In this document: positions 61,001 to 64,000 of the stretch, one piece after another
How positions within the stretch are numbered: the stretch's first letter is position 1
Layout: each line of letters begins with the position of its first letter
Assembly: GCA_016748015.1 (NCBI GenBank)
Contig: JAAOMT010000135.1
Location: forward strand, 186,001 to 250,000
Direction: 5' to 3'
DNA: 64,000 nt
Source of the DNA: Geosiphon pyriformis uo1
Taxonomy: Eukaryota; Fungi; Glomeromycota
Position numbers and translations under genes: made by a program
Notes under the pieces: generated by a model
The model's database searches: none
Told to the model about the DNA's origin: nothing
The model's input: the letters and a program-made list of their open reading frames with translations, nothing else

Positions 61001-64000
61001 AAAGCAGAATTAAAGTTAAACATTGTCACTTTGGAAAAACAAGTTTGATCTTTCTTGGACACATAGTTAGTAAAAATGGAGTTAAACCAAATCCAGGAAC
61101 AATCAGTGCTGTCAAAAACTTTCAAACTCCCAGAAATACCACAGAACTAAGAAGATTTGTAGAATTAGCCTCATACTATCAAAAATTCATAAAAGGATTC
61201 TCAAAAATTGCCAAACCACTCAATTATCTTACCAACAAAAACATGCCATACAAATAGACTGAAGAACAACAAAAAGCTTTTGAAACTCTCAAAACAAAAT
61301 TGACAACAGCCCCAGTTCTTGCTTACTTAGACTTCAACAAATAGTTCCAATTAGCCACTGATGCTTCACACATAGCATTTGGTGTCATCTTATTACAAGT
61401 AGATGAAAATGGGCAAAAACAAGTTATTGTTTATGCTAATAGAACACTCAAACCAACAGAACTAAAATACGGCTTAACTGAATTAGAAGCTGCTGCAGTC
61501 ATTTGGGTCCTTAAACATTTTCAACAATATCTGAAGAATGGAAAAGAATTTGACATAATAATGGACAACATTGGCCTCAAATGGCTCAATAAAAAGAAAA
61601 CTGAACAAAGTGCCAAACAGTCTCAATGGAATGACTTCCTAGCAGACTACAGATATATTGTATACCACAAACCAGGAAAACTACATACCAATGTTGATAG
61701 CCTCTCAAAAATGAGACAAGATTAATACCAACAATAATTCTACCACAACTTACCAACTTATCAACAAAATAACCAAACAAAAATAGATTCCAGAAATTAC
61801 AGCAATCTTAAAAATTATTTGGAGACCCTTATTATGCCAGAAAACTGGTCTCCAAGTAAAAAACATCATTTACAACACCAATCAAAACAATATTTCATAT
61901 ACCAGAACAAAATCTATTATAAAAATCACAAAAACCCAAACCAACCACTCAGATTAGTACAAGAGAATGAAAAAAAAACAATTTTATACAACATGTACAC
62001 AGATCCGTCTTCAGCACACTTGGGAAGAGATGGAACAATTCAAAGAACCCTTGAACATTATTTTTGGCCTTACATGTAAAAAAACATTCAACAATATGTA
62101 GAATCTTATAATAGTTGTCAAAAAAGAGGAAGAACTTGTCTCACAGAACCTTTAAATCCAATCAAAGTTGAACAATCTTTTGACAGAGTTGAAATTGATT
62201 TAGTCGGACCATTACCTATCACAACCCAAGGAAATTGCTATATTGCAGTAGCAGTAGATTATCTTACCAAATGGCTTGAAGCTAGAGCCATCCAAAGAGT
62301 AGATACAAAATCAGTAGCAAATTTCATCTATGAAGACATTATTTGTAGACATGGATGCCCAATTGAACTTTTATTTGATCAAGGAACACATTTTGTGAAC
62401 AACTTGATACAAGAAATTTGTGAATGGTTCAATGTCAAAAGACTTTTATTATCATCTTATCACTCTTAAACAAATAGACTTGTAGAACATTTCAATAGAA
62501 CATTGTGTGAATCTCTAGCCAAAGTCTCAACAGACTTTGAGCAGGAATAAGATATCTTTATTCCATCAGTGTTACTAGCATACAGAATGCTAAAACAAGA
62601 TACTATAAAACACACACCATTTGATCTTACTTATGAGAGAACAGCAACATTACCAATTAATTTCACAGTAGAAACATACCCAGTGCAACCAATCAATAAA
62701 AAAAACTTTCAAGAAACACTCCAAAGAAGGATCTACACTCTTTTTAGTACACTGGAAGGAAAAAAAAGAATAACAGCAACTCATATTGAACATTTCCAAG
62801 CTCAACAAAAAGAAAGATATGACAACAAATTACCACCTATTACCAACAAATTTAAAGTTGGAAATAAAGTTCTCTTACACAGAACTAAGGCTGAAAAACA
62901 ATGGAGTGGGAAATTTGAAAACAAATAGGATAGACCATTTTATATTCACGAAATTCTAGGCAATGAATCATACAAGTTAAGACTTAATGACAAAATACTA
63001 GCAAAAGTTGCACATAAAGACAGATTGAAACACTATCATTCCAGAAACAATCCTGAACTATTAATTCCACAAATTGGTATACATTCTTCTTTAATTAATC
63101 CTGAAGATATTTCCCAAAATTTAGAACCAATAATTATAATAGAACAACAACCAAACTTGAACACTTAAATTTTACAATAATTCTCTAATAAAAACACAAA
63201 GACAAAAAATAGTAAATAATTACAAAAAAAAAACACCCAAATCCAAACACAAATAAAAACCCCATATCCAAAAAATAATTTTCTTTATTCTCCCTTTTCA
63301 TAATTAGTCAATTTTATCATAATTATTCCCCAAAATATCCCAAAAGTTAATGTTAGCCTTGAAAACACTTCCTGACTTATCCATAACAATTAATAGAAGT
63401 CAAATTAATTACATTCAGAAAGAAACCACAGCCCCAGTAGCAAATCATTCACAGAACTATCACTCTTATAGAAAAAAAACAAGAAGTTACTCTGAAAATA
63501 GGTTATCAAGACTTTTAAAGCAAGCACTGGAAAAAAATCTTTTAATTGCTCCTATTGACATTTTACCAAATACCACAATACAACAAAAACTTCTACTACT
63601 TCTCAATAAACAGAACAATGAACACACCTCTTTCTATAAATACATTCACATTGGAAAGACACTTTATGAATGAAAACTGAAACTTGAAGCAACAAATCTT
63701 ATTCCTGAAGCTATACAAAAGCAAATCCACAATAAATTCAAAACAGCAGCTGGACCAACAAACACTCACTACAAATTTAGAGCAGCTTTTAGACTCTATG
63801 ATTTGTTTAATACTTGTGAAAATATTCTACAAAATCTAATACTGCAACCAATAAAAGTCCAATACATTGGCAAACTCACAGAACTGAAATTTCAACAATT
63901 TTCAGACCAGATTACTTCAATTATTTTGGATCACTATCTCAATATTACAGATAGTGCTTGGACTTCGATGGAGCTCAGTCTTGAGGAGGAGATCATGTTA
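55044..64000 (+). mobile_element. Ty3/Gypsy element E3: 5' LTR 55044-56066, decayed PBS ~56069-56084, gag, PR, Cys domain, dUTPase ~59460-59885, RT, RH, IN, ORF3, PPT, 3' LTR starting at 63996
   Basis: IAKIPEFTG; CHYCGIPGH*KRDC; LILDSGSAGS; DAGYDLRY, GTQGFGS; YLDD; ATDAS; VEHFNRTL; gaggaggagatca-TGTTA at the window end. Confidence 0.93.
63350..63995 (+). pseudogene. E3 ORF3 (one internal TGA at 63671-63673)
   Basis: LSITINRSQINY...YIHIGKTLYE*...HYKFRAAFRLYDLF..CENIL..IKVQYIGKLTELKFQQF aligns with E1/E2 ORF3. Confidence 0.75.

Overview
AT-rich eukaryotic (fungal) genomic DNA, very probably Glomeromycotina (Geosiphon/AM-fungus-like; inferred from repeat style and gene structure, not from a search). 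Most of the window is nested, C>T/G>A-eroded retrotransposon DNA. Two small CpG-retaining gene islands sit within it: uricase plus TMEM14 at 13.2-15.8 kb, and a DUF5321-like ORF, mitochondrial mL53 and RPL35 at 46.7-49.0 kb. The repeats are (i) RNase H-bearing non-LTR (LINE) elements of two families with a structured 3' UTR, and (ii) at least four diverged families (E1-E4) of one Ty3/Gypsy lineage with a complex-retrovirus-like layout: helical Gag N-domain, CA, CCHC, PR, Cys-rich Zn region, dUTPase, dUTPase-like domain, RT, RH, IN, then a conserved soluble ORF3 in the env position. The best candidate for an undescribed system is this ORF3 paired with family-specific, regularly spaced motif arrays in U3 (10 bp, 8-9 bp and 20-21 bp periods). 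The LTRs also carry conserved RNA hairpins: a TGATCA-loop stem with covariation, a U5/PBS fold-back and a pre-PPT motif. One testable hypothesis is a self-encoded transactivator or anti-silencing factor with cognate LTR operators. All TE ORFs are pseudogenised and TE boundaries inside AT-rich DNA are approximate.
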